A stretch of DNA of 62,934 nt from NCBI GenBank assembly GCA_015232565.1, contig JADFZK010000012.1, forward strand, positions 1-62,934. Reading direction: 5' to 3'. The notes under the pieces were generated by a model. The model made no database searches. It was not told the DNA's origin and was given only the letters and a program-made list of their open reading frames with translations. Made by a program: the position numbers and the translations under genes. This DNA is from Candidatus Omnitrophota bacterium (GTDB taxonomy: Bacteria > Omnitrophota > Gorgyraeia > Zapsychrales > Fredricksoniimonadaceae). Numbering within the stretch: position 1 is the stretch's first letter; each line of letters opens with the position of its first letter. This document shows positions 19,376 through 29,544 of the stretch, piece by piece.

Positions 19376-20532
19376 AGATCCAGTCAGGGCAGGAGGCCAA
19401 GAAGGCCGGGTATAAAGTGCCTTTCGGGACGGTATCCATTACCGCCCAAGCGCGTACGCTTATCGACACGGCGCTGGAGTCCCGTTGGGTTACCAAGGGT
19501 AAATATGTCAAGGAATTCGAGGAGCAGTTTGCGGCTCTTTTCGGGGTGAGATACGGCGTGGCGGTCTCCAGCGGGACGGATGCCGATGCGCTGGCTTGTG
19601 CATCCCTATATGATCATGGCGCCCGGCGCGGGGACGAGATAATCGTGCCGGCTTTGTCTTTTGTGGCTACTGGCAACGCGGTCTTTCAGGCCGGTTTTAC
19701 GCCGGTTTTCGTGGATGTCAAACGGACTACGCTTAACATCGACCCCGACCTGATCGAGGCCCGGATCACGCCGCGTACCCGGGCTATCATGCCGGTGCAT
19801 TTGATGGGCAAGCCGGCCGAAATGGACCGGATCTGTGCTATAGCGAAAAAGCATCAGTTAAAGATCATTGAAGACGCCGCCGAGGCGCATGGCGCGGAAT
19901 ATCGCGGGCGCAAGATCGGCGCTATCGGGGATATGGCGTGTTTCAGCCTGTATGCCGCGCATATCGTGACCACGATCGAAGGCGGGATAATCATAACCGA
20001 TTGTGAGAATACCGCCGAGGCCCTGCGTTCCCTGCGGAACCATGGCATGACGGGCAAGTTCACTTTTGAGCGTATCGGGTTTTCGGCCAAGATGAACGAG
20101 ATCGAGGCCGCGGTGGGGCTGGGGAATATTGCTATCTTTCAGGATATCCTGAATGCCCGTCGGCGGAATATGCTGTATCTGATAGAAAAGTTCGCCCGGT
20201 TCGACCGGTTCTTTATTACCCTTAAAGAAGAAGCGCATGAAAAACTGGGGCCGCATGCTTTCTCGATCATTCTGCGGGAAGGGGTGAATTTCAGCAAAGA
20301 TGAATTCGTGGCTTATATTGAATCCCGGGGAGTGGATTCGCGCAATCTGTTCTATTCGATGCCTACGCAATGTCCCAGCTACGCTTTCCTGGGGTACAAG
20401 CTGGGGGATTTCCCCGAAGCCGAGTATTGTTCCGACCATGGAACGCACATCGGTATTCATCAGGATATTGATATCGGCCAGCTGGATTATGTGGTCAGTG
20501 TGGTCGATGACTTCCTGAAAACGAGAGCTTAA
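19372..20532 (+). CDS. DegT/DnrJ-fold PLP enzyme with His in place of the Schiff-base Lys (ColD-type 3-dehydratase)
   Basis: SSGTDA, PVHLMG, EDAAEAHG, FSLYAAHIVTTIEGG (His at 19960-19962). Confidence 0.75.
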   Translation: MKIQSGQEAKKAGYKVPFGTVSITAQARTLIDTALESRWVTKGKYVKEFEEQFAALFGVRYGVAVSSGTDADALACASLYDHGARRGDEIIVPALSFVATGNAVFQAGFTPVFVDVKRTTLNIDPDLIEARITPRTRAIMPVHLMGKPAEMDRICAIAKKHQLKIIEDAAEAHGAEYRGRKIGAIGDMACFSLYAAHIVTTIEGGIIITDCENTAEALRSLRNHGMTGKFTFERIGFSAKMNEIEAAVGLGNIAIFQDILNARRRNMLYLIEKFARFDRFFITLKEEAHEKLGPHAFSIILREGVNFSKDEFVAYIESRGVDSRNLFYSMPTQCPSYAFLGYKLGDFPEAEYCSDHGTHIGIHQDIDIGQLDYVVSVVDDFLKTRA

Positions 20533-20543
20533 GGAGAGAAATT

Positions 20544-22340
20544 TTGAACGAATATCTGCGGATGTTGTATTTGGCCAGGCGGAACTGGCAGTATCTGGTG
20601 GGGGGCATCCTGGCGATGATCGGGTGTGCCGGGTTCGAAGGCGCGCAATTCGGCGCTATTGTGCCGCTGGCGGACCGGATATTCACTAACAAGCCTATTG
20701 TATTGCCGACCGGCCTGCCGCCTTTTCTGGTGCGTTACGCCGAACAGCTGAATAATATGGACCGCACTTCGTTATTTTGGAGCGTAGTGTTCATTATTCC
20801 CGCTTTTTATCTGGTTAAGGGCGGGTTGGTTTATTTGCGTGGTTTGTTCATGAACACTCTTGCCCAGCGCTCGGTAACCGATGTGCGCGGCGACCTCTTC
20901 CGTAAGTACCAGGACCTTTCACTGGACTTTTACAGCCAGAAACGCCAGGGCGAGCTGATGAGCCGTATTACCAACGACGCCGGGTTTATTGGCCATGCGA
21001 TCTCGTTCGGGCTCACCGATATTTTCTATCAGTCTATCTTGGCGGTGATGTTTGCGGTCATCGCGCTGACCATCAGCTGGAAGATGGTGCTTATCATCCT
21101 GGTGGTGTTCCCGGCGAATGCCTGGTTCATTCATGTGATCGGCAAGACCATCAAGAAGCAGTCCATTCAGTCCCAGGAATCCATGGCCGACCTTAATTCC
21201 ATTCTGGCCGAGACCAACCAGGGAGTTTCCATTGTTAAGGCTTTCTCGCGCGAGAAACATGAGATAGAACGGTTCGATGTTTTGAACAAGAAGTTTTACC
21301 GGGCGATCATCAAGGGTATTCGCCGCAGCCTGGTTTTGTCGCCCATTACCGAGTTCCTGGCAGCGCTGGCGATAATGGTGGTCTTTCTTATCGGCGGGCA
21401 GGCGGTGCTGGCGGGCAAGATGTCTTTTGGTGTGTTTGCGCTTTTTATCAGTTCGCTTATAAGTATTCAACGGCCCATCAAGAAACTGGCCGAAGTTTAC
21501 AGCATTAACCAGCAGGCCCTGGCATCGTCAAAACGGGTATACGATTTCCTGGACTGGAAGACTCTTATCACCGACGCGCCGGGGGCCAAAGAATGCGCGG
21601 CTCCGGGTAATGCTATTCGGTTTGCGGATGTCTCTTTCCGTTACGATAAAGACCAGGCCGGCCTGGTGATCAAGAATTTCACTCATAATTTCGAGATCGG
21701 CAAAATGACCGCGCTGGTGGGCCCCACGGGTTGCGGCAAGACCACTATCATGAACCTGATACTGCGTTTCTACGACGTGGATTCGGGGGTGGTAAGTTTT
21801 GACGGGCAGAATATCCGCGAAGTCACGGTGTCTTCCTTGCGCAGTCATGTAGGGCTGGTTACCCAGGACATGATCCTTTTTAACGAGTCCATCCGCGAGA
21901 ACCTGCGTTACGGCAAGCTGGATGCTACCGACGAAGAAGTGCTGGAAGCCGCCCGCCAGGCCATGGCTCTGGAGTTCATTGAACGCATGCCCGAGGGGCT
22001 GGATACTATAGTCGGCGACCGGGGCATGAAGCTTTCCGGCGGGCAAAAACAGCGTTTGTGCATAGCGCGGGCGATCCTTAAGGATCCGCGGATCCTGCTG
22101 CTGGACGAAGCCACCTCGGCGCTTGACCCGCAGAGCGAACATATGGTCCAGCAGGCGCTGGACAATCTGATGAAAGACCGCACGGTAATTGTGATAGCGC
22201 ATCGCCTGTCTACCATCCGCCATGCTGATTGCATTCTGGTAATGGAGAACGGCCGTATCATGCAAAAGGGTATTCACGATGACCTGCTGAACACATCCGA
22301 GCTGTACGCCAGATTGGCGAGTTACCATTTTAACCAGTGA
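20544..22340 (+). CDS. MsbA-like ABC exporter (TMD+NBD)
   Basis: 6 TM region; GPTGCGKTT, LSGGQKQR, LLLDEATSALD, IAHRLST. Confidence 0.88.
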   Translation: MNEYLRMLYLARRNWQYLVGGILAMIGCAGFEGAQFGAIVPLADRIFTNKPIVLPTGLPPFLVRYAEQLNNMDRTSLFWSVVFIIPAFYLVKGGLVYLRGLFMNTLAQRSVTDVRGDLFRKYQDLSLDFYSQKRQGELMSRITNDAGFIGHAISFGLTDIFYQSILAVMFAVIALTISWKMVLIILVVFPANAWFIHVIGKTIKKQSIQSQESMADLNSILAETNQGVSIVKAFSREKHEIERFDVLNKKFYRAIIKGIRRSLVLSPITEFLAALAIMVVFLIGGQAVLAGKMSFGVFALFISSLISIQRPIKKLAEVYSINQQALASSKRVYDFLDWKTLITDAPGAKECAAPGNAIRFADVSFRYDKDQAGLVIKNFTHNFEIGKMTALVGPTGCGKTTIMNLILRFYDVDSGVVSFDGQNIREVTVSSLRSHVGLVTQDMILFNESIRENLRYGKLDATDEEVLEAARQAMALEFIERMPEGLDTIVGDRGMKLSGGQKQRLCIARAILKDPRILLLDEATSALDPQSEHMVQQALDNLMKDRTVIVIAHRLSTIRHADCILVMENGRIMQKGIHDDLLNTSELYARLASYHFNQ

Positions 22341-22349
22341 TCGGCCTGA

Positions 22350-23339
22350 ATGTTCGGGGTTTTTAATCAAACGGCACCCATGCGCAAGATCCTTCTTATC
22401 AGAAACGACCGTTTCGGTGAGTTCCTGCTGAATATTCCCGCGTTCCGGGCGGTGAAAGACACCTATCCGGCGGCGGAGTTGCATATTGCCGTGGCTCCGG
22501 GAGTTGCCGAACTTGCGCGTGCCGTGCCCGGTGTAGATAAGGTTTTGGTCCTGCCGGTCGAAGGCGGGTCTTTCTTTGAACGTATGCTGGCGGTCGCTAC
22601 CATGCGCCGGGAGAAATACGATGCGGCCATGGTGCTTAATCCCACGGCGTGGGCGCATCAAATGCTTTTTTGGTCCGGCATCCCGGTGCGGGTGGGTTAT
22701 GACCGTAAGCATTCGTTCTTCCTGACGCGCAAATTAAAAGATGTAAAAGGCCTGGGCCGAAAGCACGAAGTGGAAAATAACCTGGACCTGGCCGCAGTAT
22801 TGGGCTGTTCCACAGTGGATTGTTCTTTGGCTTTGAATATCCCTGAAGATTTACAAGAGCATGTTATTAGAAAATGGGGGTTGGATCCGCTGGATGTGGC
22901 CGGTAAGCCGGTGCGTTACGTGGCCGTGCATCCCTGGACCAGTGATCCGGTCAAGCAGTGGCCGCTGGATAATTTTGCGCAGGTAGTCAGCCGGCTGGCG
23001 GCGGACAATTCGTGCAAAGTGGTGATAATCGGCCGGGAAGAAGCCTGGCACAAGAAATTTACGCTGGCGGCACTGCCTGGGGTAATTGACCTGCGGGGCC
23101 GGACAACTTTGCTCGAAGCCGCCGCGGTGCTTAAGCAATGTGCGGTGCTGCTGTCCTGCGACAGCGGTCCGGTGCATTTGGCTGCCTGCGTGGGCACGCC
23201 GGTGGTGGCGCTATTCCGTAACGATATGCCCGGCAAGAACCCCGAACGCTGGGGCCCCTGGGGCCGGGATCATAAGGTTATCCAGAAACCGCGGCTGGCG
23301 GACATAACGGTGGATGAGGTTTGCGGGCAAATATTGTGA
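22350..23339 (+). CDS. GT9 family (heptosyltransferase-like) glycosyltransferase
   Basis: IRNDRFGEFLL, HEVENNL, KQWP, DSGPVHLA, PERWGP; start could be ATG 22380. Confidence 0.85.
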   Translation: MFGVFNQTAPMRKILLIRNDRFGEFLLNIPAFRAVKDTYPAAELHIAVAPGVAELARAVPGVDKVLVLPVEGGSFFERMLAVATMRREKYDAAMVLNPTAWAHQMLFWSGIPVRVGYDRKHSFFLTRKLKDVKGLGRKHEVENNLDLAAVLGCSTVDCSLALNIPEDLQEHVIRKWGLDPLDVAGKPVRYVAVHPWTSDPVKQWPLDNFAQVVSRLAADNSCKVVIIGREEAWHKKFTLAALPGVIDLRGRTTLLEAAAVLKQCAVLLSCDSGPVHLAACVGTPVVALFRNDMPGKNPERWGPWGRDHKVIQKPRLADITVDEVCGQIL

Positions 23340-23434
23340 GGTGACTTATTTGCTGGTTGGATGAGAAAACTCGCGAGTTTGTTGGCACAATGTAGTAGTT
23401 TACCACGTGAAACTTTTGAAAGGTTCATGCTTGT

Positions 23435-24439
23435 ATGAAGATCCCGTTGCCGTTACAGGTGTTAAATAACAGCTGGGCATATTACTTGTTGAAGTATGGC
23501 TTGATGCAAAAGGCTGGCTTGTCTTTTCGTACCAGTCCGGATCAGCTTAAGCTGGAGTTCAGTAAAGATGAACTGCTGTCGCAATGGGAGCCAGTGAAAC
23601 AGTTGTTGAAACTGATCGTTGCTTCCGAGTTTGAATATTATGCCGCAAAGAAGGAGATGGTGATCGTTTCGGCTAAGGGGGAGCGGCGCCGGGAGAAATT
23701 CGATCTTTCTTGTATCGCTTCATTGCGGTTCGCTTTGGATAACAAAATGATCCTGGAGAACACCACGGACAAAAGATTCTTTCTGGTAAGGGCTTCGCCG
23801 AACAGCAATCCCTTTTTTGTGCGTAGGGCTAATCCTTCTGATCTGGCGACGGTTAAGGTGGTATGTGAAGAAGATGAGTATGGTTTTCTTTATCCATATT
23901 TGCCAGGCAAGGTGGTGGTGGATGTGGGGGCTAATATTGGGGATACTGCGGTCCTTTTTGCGAGTAAAGGCGCGGCGTTAATTGAGGCCTATGAGATCCA
24001 CCCGGTATTGCATGATGTGGCGCGGCGGAACATTGAGTTGAATGGTTTAAACGCCAAAGTGCGGCTTTATGATTGTGGCATTGGCGGTACGGATGGCGAG
24101 ATGTGTATGCGGAACGACAGCGCCCTGGGGCCGACTGCCGGCTTTGGTTCTAAGGAAGCCAGGCATGGCCAGGATATCCGGGTAAAGCTGGTTTCAATGA
24201 AAAGCGTTATTGCCCGGCTTGGCAAGATCGACGTCCTTAAAATGGATTGTGAAGGTGCGGAGTTCGATATATTTGCCAGCCTGGCAGTTGAGGACTTGCA
24301 AAAGATCCAGGTGATCGGTCTGGAATATCATCGGGATCCCGGGCCTTTGCTGGACAAGTTACGGTCGGCGGGGTTTAAGGTTGAGATAGTCACTCAATAT
24401 ACTCCGTCGCTGGGGATCCTGCTGGCATTAAGGTTTTAA
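23435..24439 (+). CDS. FkbM family methyltransferase with extended N-terminus
   Basis: VVDVGANIGD, YEIHP, LKMDCEGAEF, LEYH. Confidence 0.82.
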   Translation: MKIPLPLQVLNNSWAYYLLKYGLMQKAGLSFRTSPDQLKLEFSKDELLSQWEPVKQLLKLIVASEFEYYAAKKEMVIVSAKGERRREKFDLSCIASLRFALDNKMILENTTDKRFFLVRASPNSNPFFVRRANPSDLATVKVVCEEDEYGFLYPYLPGKVVVDVGANIGDTAVLFASKGAALIEAYEIHPVLHDVARRNIELNGLNAKVRLYDCGIGGTDGEMCMRNDSALGPTAGFGSKEARHGQDIRVKLVSMKSVIARLGKIDVLKMDCEGAEFDIFASLAVEDLQKIQVIGLEYHRDPGPLLDKLRSAGFKVEIVTQYTPSLGILLALRF

Positions 24440-24471
24440 AAGGAGCTTGGATAACCGGGAGGGTTTTTCAA

Positions 24472-25248
24472 ATGCCATTGATCACGGCTGTTATTATTGT
24501 TAAAGATGAAGAAGAGCGAGTGGTTAAAGCCATTGCCTCGGCCCGGGCTGTGGCGGATGAGATTATTGTCGTGGATGATCATTCCACCGACCGCACGGCT
24601 GAGGTAGCTCGCGGGTTAGGGTGTAAGGTGGTAATTCGCGCTCTGAATGACGCTTTTGGTGCCCAGCGCAACGCGGGTGCCGCACTGGCAAGGAATGACT
24701 GGATCTTGATGATCGACGCGGATGAGGTTATACCGGATAAGTCCTTGGAAGAGATCCGGCGCTTGTTTGCGAATGAGGTGGATTCTGACGCGCTGTCGGT
24801 CAGGATTGTCAATGTGATGTTTGGTCAGCCGCTTTATTACAGTACTGGTAATTGCCGATATACAAGGTTGTACCGCCGGTCGCGTTGTTCTTTTACCGGC
24901 GATGTTCATGAACGGCTGGGTATTGAGGGCAAAGTGATGTCTGTTAACGTGGAGATATGGAATGATATTGCTAAAAGTATGGATCATATCTTTGTTAAAA
25001 CTTTGCGCTATACAGAGATCGAAGCGCGCAGGTATTGTGATTCGGTACCATCGGTAAGTGAGCGGATGATCCGTTATGAACTCACCTGGAGGTCGCTAAA
25101 GCGGTTTTGGAAACATTATGTTAAACATAAAGGGTTCAAGGATGGTTTTTCCGGGTTTATCTTGTCGATAATGAATACTATTGGGCCGCAAATCCGCATG
25201 CTGAAGGTCTGGGAACAGGCTAAGCGGCAGGGAAAGCTGGTTCCGTAA
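24472..25248 (+). CDS. GT2 glycosyltransferase (WaaE/KdtX-like)
   Basis: IIVKDEE, DDHSTDRT, QRN, IDADE, VHE. Confidence 0.85.
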   Translation: MPLITAVIIVKDEEERVVKAIASARAVADEIIVVDDHSTDRTAEVARGLGCKVVIRALNDAFGAQRNAGAALARNDWILMIDADEVIPDKSLEEIRRLFANEVDSDALSVRIVNVMFGQPLYYSTGNCRYTRLYRRSRCSFTGDVHERLGIEGKVMSVNVEIWNDIAKSMDHIFVKTLRYTEIEARRYCDSVPSVSERMIRYELTWRSLKRFWKHYVKHKGFKDGFSGFILSIMNTIGPQIRMLKVWEQAKRQGKLVP

Positions 25249-25266
25249 CGTTGGGAGAAATTGTTT

Positions 25267-26688
25267 ATGTTTAATAAAGTTTTGTTAATAAATCCCCCTG
25301 AGAGCAGTCAGGGGCGTTCGACGGCCGCTCCCATGGGCTTGATGTATATTGCCGGAGTCTTGCAGAAAGCTGGAGTTGCGGTGCGGATTCTGGATGCCTG
25401 CCTGGACGGATGGGATTCAGTGGTTAGCGCTCTTAATGATTTTCATCCTGATCTGGTGGGGATTGCTTGTCCTACTTATGCGCGTGTTCAGGCATTCAAG
25501 ATCGCCCGTATGGTCAAGAGTTGCGATGTCAGAATTAAAACAATACTGGGCGGGCACCATCCAACCCTTATGCCGCGGCAGATACTGGAACATTATCCTG
25601 AGGTCGACCTGGTTTGTTCCGGTGAAGGAGAGGCTTTAATCCTGGAGCTTTGTCAGGGGGTGCCACTGGTTGATATATTGGGCCTGGGGTTTCGCAGGGA
25701 TCAGGAGGTCATTCTTAATGCTCGACGTAAGCAGTGTGTTAATTTGGACGATTTGCCTATGCCGGCTTGGAATCTGATCGAGCCCAGGCGTTATACTACT
25801 AATAGTGAGGTTGTTGTTGATGGCATAGATTTAAGTAAAGAGATCGGCGCTAATATTACATTCTCCCGCGGTTGTATCGGACGGTGCAGTTTTTGCTCCA
25901 ATTATCAGATGTGGAAGGAGTGGAAGTATCGGTCGCCTAAAAACACGGTTGATGAGATCGAATATTTGTATCGAAATTACGGAATCAAATGTTTTCAGTT
26001 CAATGATGATTGTTTCTCTGTTAATAAAAAAGCCGCATTGGAATTATGCCGGATAATATTGGAACGAGGATTAAAGATATATTTTTGTTGTGTTACCCGC
26101 ACTGATTGTGTGGATTATGAGATCCTGCGGGCTTTAAAAGATGCGGGTTGTTATTCAATTTGTTTCGGGATCGAGACAGCTTCAGCGCGTCTTCTGAAAA
26201 CCATGCACAAGCCCATAAAGATCGAGCAATCTCTGGAGGCAATCCGGCTGGTCAATGAGTTCGGCATCAGGAGTGTCGCTTTGATTATTGCCGGAAGCCC
26301 GGGAGAGAGCTGGGAGACTATTAATGAGACGATAGATTTTCTTGTTCGGGCCAAGCCGGGAGCAATTGGCGTGGCGAATGGTTTGATGCTTTTCCCGGGG
26401 ACCGAGGTTTACCGTCAAGCAGTGAAAAAAGGGTTTATCAACGATGATTTCTGGTTGACGGATTATAACTGGAAGGTTGACACCTCGGAGAATTCCAGGC
26501 TCAGGTTGAATATTTTCGTTGAGGCGATCAATGCACGAAGAAAACTGTCGCGGTTTTTTGTGCTCAACATGTTTCGGTATCACAAGTTTGCCACCAAAGA
26601 GGTGGAGATCTTTGTTAAAGATTTGTTATTGCGCTTAGGGTTGCGAGGTGAAAAGATCAGGAAGTATAAACCGAAATTGGGCAACTAA
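25267..26688 (+). CDS. B12-binding radical SAM protein (class B methylase-like)
   Basis: PMGLMYIAG, GGHHPT, GEGE, SRGCIGRCSFC, FNDDCF, GIETAS. Confidence 0.85.
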   Translation: MFNKVLLINPPESSQGRSTAAPMGLMYIAGVLQKAGVAVRILDACLDGWDSVVSALNDFHPDLVGIACPTYARVQAFKIARMVKSCDVRIKTILGGHHPTLMPRQILEHYPEVDLVCSGEGEALILELCQGVPLVDILGLGFRRDQEVILNARRKQCVNLDDLPMPAWNLIEPRRYTTNSEVVVDGIDLSKEIGANITFSRGCIGRCSFCSNYQMWKEWKYRSPKNTVDEIEYLYRNYGIKCFQFNDDCFSVNKKAALELCRIILERGLKIYFCCVTRTDCVDYEILRALKDAGCYSICFGIETASARLLKTMHKPIKIEQSLEAIRLVNEFGIRSVALIIAGSPGESWETINETIDFLVRAKPGAIGVANGLMLFPGTEVYRQAVKKGFINDDFWLTDYNWKVDTSENSRLRLNIFVEAINARRKLSRFFVLNMFRYHKFATKEVEIFVKDLLLRLGLRGEKIRKYKPKLGN

Positions 26689-26698
26689 TGGAGAGTAG

Positions 26699-27859
26699 AT
26701 GAGGGTTGGTATAGATGCGCGAATTCTAGCTTATCCCCGTTCTGGTATTGCGGCTTATTTGGTCGGCTTGCTTGAGGAACTCCGTTCTATTGCCGAGCTT
26801 GATCTGGTGCTCTTTAGTGACCGGCCGCTTCTGGCCGATTATGCTTCGGCGATCCAGGGCCTCGAACAGGTTGTTTTTGGCTTCTCAAAGCGGCGTTACT
26901 GGGCTAATTGGCTTTTGGCTTCGAAACTAAAAGAATGTCGTATTGATCTTTATCACGCTATTTGGGACGCCGGCATCCCGTTCTTTGCGCACTGTCCTAG
27001 CCTTTTGACGTTGCATAGCATTACTCCATTCCAGCGGCCGCCTTATGTGACCGTTGATATGATCGGGAATCCGAAGAAAAGATTGTTTTATCGTTTGATC
27101 TTTGAGATTGAGCGCCGAATCGCGCGGAAGATCATTGTTACCTCGGAATATATGCGGCAGTATATCCATCAGCATGCCGGCGTTCCTTTGCCGGCGATGG
27201 AGGTTGTTTACCTGGGTGTTGATCGTATGTTCACACGGATCACAGAAGACCAGCGCCTTTCTCTGGTGAGCCGGAAATATGGGTTGGCAGGCCGGAAGTT
27301 CTTCCTGGCGGTGCCGTCGAGGATCATGGAAGAACGCAAGAATATGCCGATGATCATTAAGGGGTTCAATTCATTTTGCGAACAAAGGCCCGGCTGTGAT
27401 ATTCCACTGGTTGTGGTTGGTGAGTTCTTAGCCGATCGGTCAGAGGCTGAAGAAAGACTTTTTGCCGGTTTGGGGGCGGCGGTCAGGGAGAAGGTCCTGT
27501 TTTTGGGGCATGTTCCGCGGGAGGAGTTGGCGGTTTTGTTGAATTTATGCGAGGCCCTGGTTTATCCGTCGTTTTATGAGGGTTTTGGTTTGCCTTTGGT
27601 GGAGGCTTTTGCTTGCGGAGCTCCGGTTCTAGCGGCTAATAATTCCTGTATTCCCGAAGTGACGGGTGGAGCCGCCTTGCTGGTGGATCCTTTTGATTTT
27701 CGGGCCCTGGCTGGCGGGTTGATACAATTTCTTGAACAGCCAGATTTCAAAGAGAGTTTGCGGAAGAAGGGCGCGGCACGAGCTTGTTTGTTTTCCTGGA
27801 AGAATAATGCCCAAAGAACATACGCTATGTACAGGAGCCTTTGTGCGCACAAGAAATAG
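26699..27859 (+). CDS. GT4 glycosyltransferase
   Basis: IDARIL..SGI, RKN, YPSFYEGFGLPLVEAFACG. Confidence 0.9.
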   Translation: MRVGIDARILAYPRSGIAAYLVGLLEELRSIAELDLVLFSDRPLLADYASAIQGLEQVVFGFSKRRYWANWLLASKLKECRIDLYHAIWDAGIPFFAHCPSLLTLHSITPFQRPPYVTVDMIGNPKKRLFYRLIFEIERRIARKIIVTSEYMRQYIHQHAGVPLPAMEVVYLGVDRMFTRITEDQRLSLVSRKYGLAGRKFFLAVPSRIMEERKNMPMIIKGFNSFCEQRPGCDIPLVVVGEFLADRSEAEERLFAGLGAAVREKVLFLGHVPREELAVLLNLCEALVYPSFYEGFGLPLVEAFACGAPVLAANNSCIPEVTGGAALLVDPFDFRALAGGLIQFLEQPDFKESLRKKGAARACLFSWKNNAQRTYAMYRSLCAHKK

Positions 27860-28997
27860 ATCCCGGATCTTGTTGGCGATAGGCACCCGGCCGGAGGCTA
27901 TCAAGATGGCGCCGCTGGTTTACGCTTTGCGCCGGGAACGTTCCTGTCAGGTCCTGGTTTGCAATACTGCCCAGCATCGGCAGATGGTTGATGAGGTGCT
28001 GGAGCTCTTTAATATTAAGAGTGATTTTGATCTGGATGTGATGCGGCATGATCAGACGATCATTTATGTTCAGAACACGATCCTGGAGCGGTTCAGCCTG
28101 GTGATTGGCAAGTGCCGGCCGGATATGGTGGTGGTGCAGGGGGATACTACTACTGCTTTAACGGCCGCTTTGGCGGCGTTTTACCAAAAAGTCCCGGTGG
28201 CTCATGTGGAGGCCGGTTTGCGGACTTTTGATAAAAGGAACCCGTTTCCCGAGGAGATTAATCGTCGGGTAATTTCTGTAGTGGGGGACCTTCATTTTGC
28301 GCCTACTGAAACATCCCGCCGGCATTTATTGCGGGAAGGGATTAAGGGCGATGCAATTCATGTGGTGGGAAACACGGTTGTGGATGCGCTCGAGTTGATG
28401 CTCAAGAGGCTGCGCGGATCGGCTGGCCGGGAGTTGCGTGCCAAGTCCTTGTGGCCTAAAAAGGCTCGTTACGTGGTGCTGGTTACGGCACATCGTCGTG
28501 AGAACTGGGGTGAGCCTATGATGGAATTGTGTGCCGCGTTAAAGTGCCTGGTCAGGGATAATCCCGAGGTGGTTATATTATGGCCGGTGCATCCTCATCC
28601 GCAGGTCAGGAAAACTGTCATGGGCGAACTGGCGGGTATTGAGAATATTTCTTTACTGGATCCGGTACGGTATGATGAATTTGTATATTTGCTTAATAAG
28701 GCCTATTTGGTGGTAACTGATTCCGGCGGTATCCAGGAAGAGGCCGCATCGTTGGGCAAGCCGGTTTTGGTGTTTCGTGAAACGACTGAACGTCCGGAGG
28801 TCATCAAAAGCGGCGTGGGGGAGCTGGTACCTTGTTCTCGTGAGCCATTGTACAAACGTATTGCGGCGGTATTGGCGGATAAGGGCCGGTATGCCCGTAG
28901 ATGCCGGCGGTCGTCTGTTTTTGGTGATGGTCAGGCGGCAAAACATATAGCTCGGATCATGGTCGCTTTCTTGAAAGAATACAGGAAGCATGTATAA
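27843..28997 (+). CDS. wecB: UDP-N-acetylglucosamine 2-epimerase (non-hydrolysing)
   Basis: GTRPEAIKMAP, QGDTTT, HVEAGLR, TAHRREN, TDSGGIQEEA; start approximate (GTG 27843). Confidence 0.9.
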   Translation: MRTRNRSRILLAIGTRPEAIKMAPLVYALRRERSCQVLVCNTAQHRQMVDEVLELFNIKSDFDLDVMRHDQTIIYVQNTILERFSLVIGKCRPDMVVVQGDTTTALTAALAAFYQKVPVAHVEAGLRTFDKRNPFPEEINRRVISVVGDLHFAPTETSRRHLLREGIKGDAIHVVGNTVVDALELMLKRLRGSAGRELRAKSLWPKKARYVVLVTAHRRENWGEPMMELCAALKCLVRDNPEVVILWPVHPHPQVRKTVMGELAGIENISLLDPVRYDEFVYLLNKAYLVVTDSGGIQEEAASLGKPVLVFRETTERPEVIKSGVGELVPCSREPLYKRIAAVLADKGRYARRCRRSSVFGDGQAAKHIARIMVAFLKEYRKHV

Positions 28998-29019
28998 AGG
29001 GTTTAATAACAGGGGGCAT

Positions 29020-29514
29020 ATGAAAATTCTGGATGTGGGTTGTTCCAAGAACAAGGTTCAGGGTGCGGTGGGGCTGGATATCGACCCGAATTCAGACGCG
29101 GATATACTTTGCGACCTGACCAAGCGGTTGCCGATCGAAGATAAGGAATATGACTTGATCTATTGCAAGCATTTGCTCGAGCATCTGGAGCGCCCGGATG
29201 ACGTTATCCATTTGGTCGGCGAGATCTTCCGGGTATGCAAGCCCGGCGGAAGAGTTGTCCTTGAGGTGCCGCATTTTTCTTCTTATATTGCTTACGCCGA
29301 TGTGACGCATCGCCGGTATTTCTCCTGGTTCATGCTTAATGGCCTTTTGAACAAGCTGCCGCACGAAACAGTAAAGAAAGAGCTTAAGTTCTACAAAGTA
29401 TACCGGGCGATCGGTGTCAAGTTCCTGGCGAATCGTTTTGTGGAGGCTTACGAGCGTTTCTGGACATACCTGTTCCCGGCTGAAACGTTGTGGTTCGAAA
29501 TTATCAAAAAATAA
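29020..29514 (+). CDS. Small class I SAM-dependent methyltransferase
   Basis: ILDVGC, HLLEHL, KPGG, VPHF. Confidence 0.8.
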   Translation: MKILDVGCSKNKVQGAVGLDIDPNSDADILCDLTKRLPIEDKEYDLIYCKHLLEHLERPDDVIHLVGEIFRVCKPGGRVVLEVPHFSSYIAYADVTHRRYFSWFMLNGLLNKLPHETVKKELKFYKVYRAIGVKFLANRFVEAYERFWTYLFPAETLWFEIIKK

Positions 29515-29544
29515 CTGGTTGTAGCAGTCTAATAGAAAGGAAAC

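Noticed and set aside
23399-23414. parS site (TTTACCACGTGAAACT)
   Set aside because: Only about 13/16 match with a broken left arm, single copy, no parAB nearby
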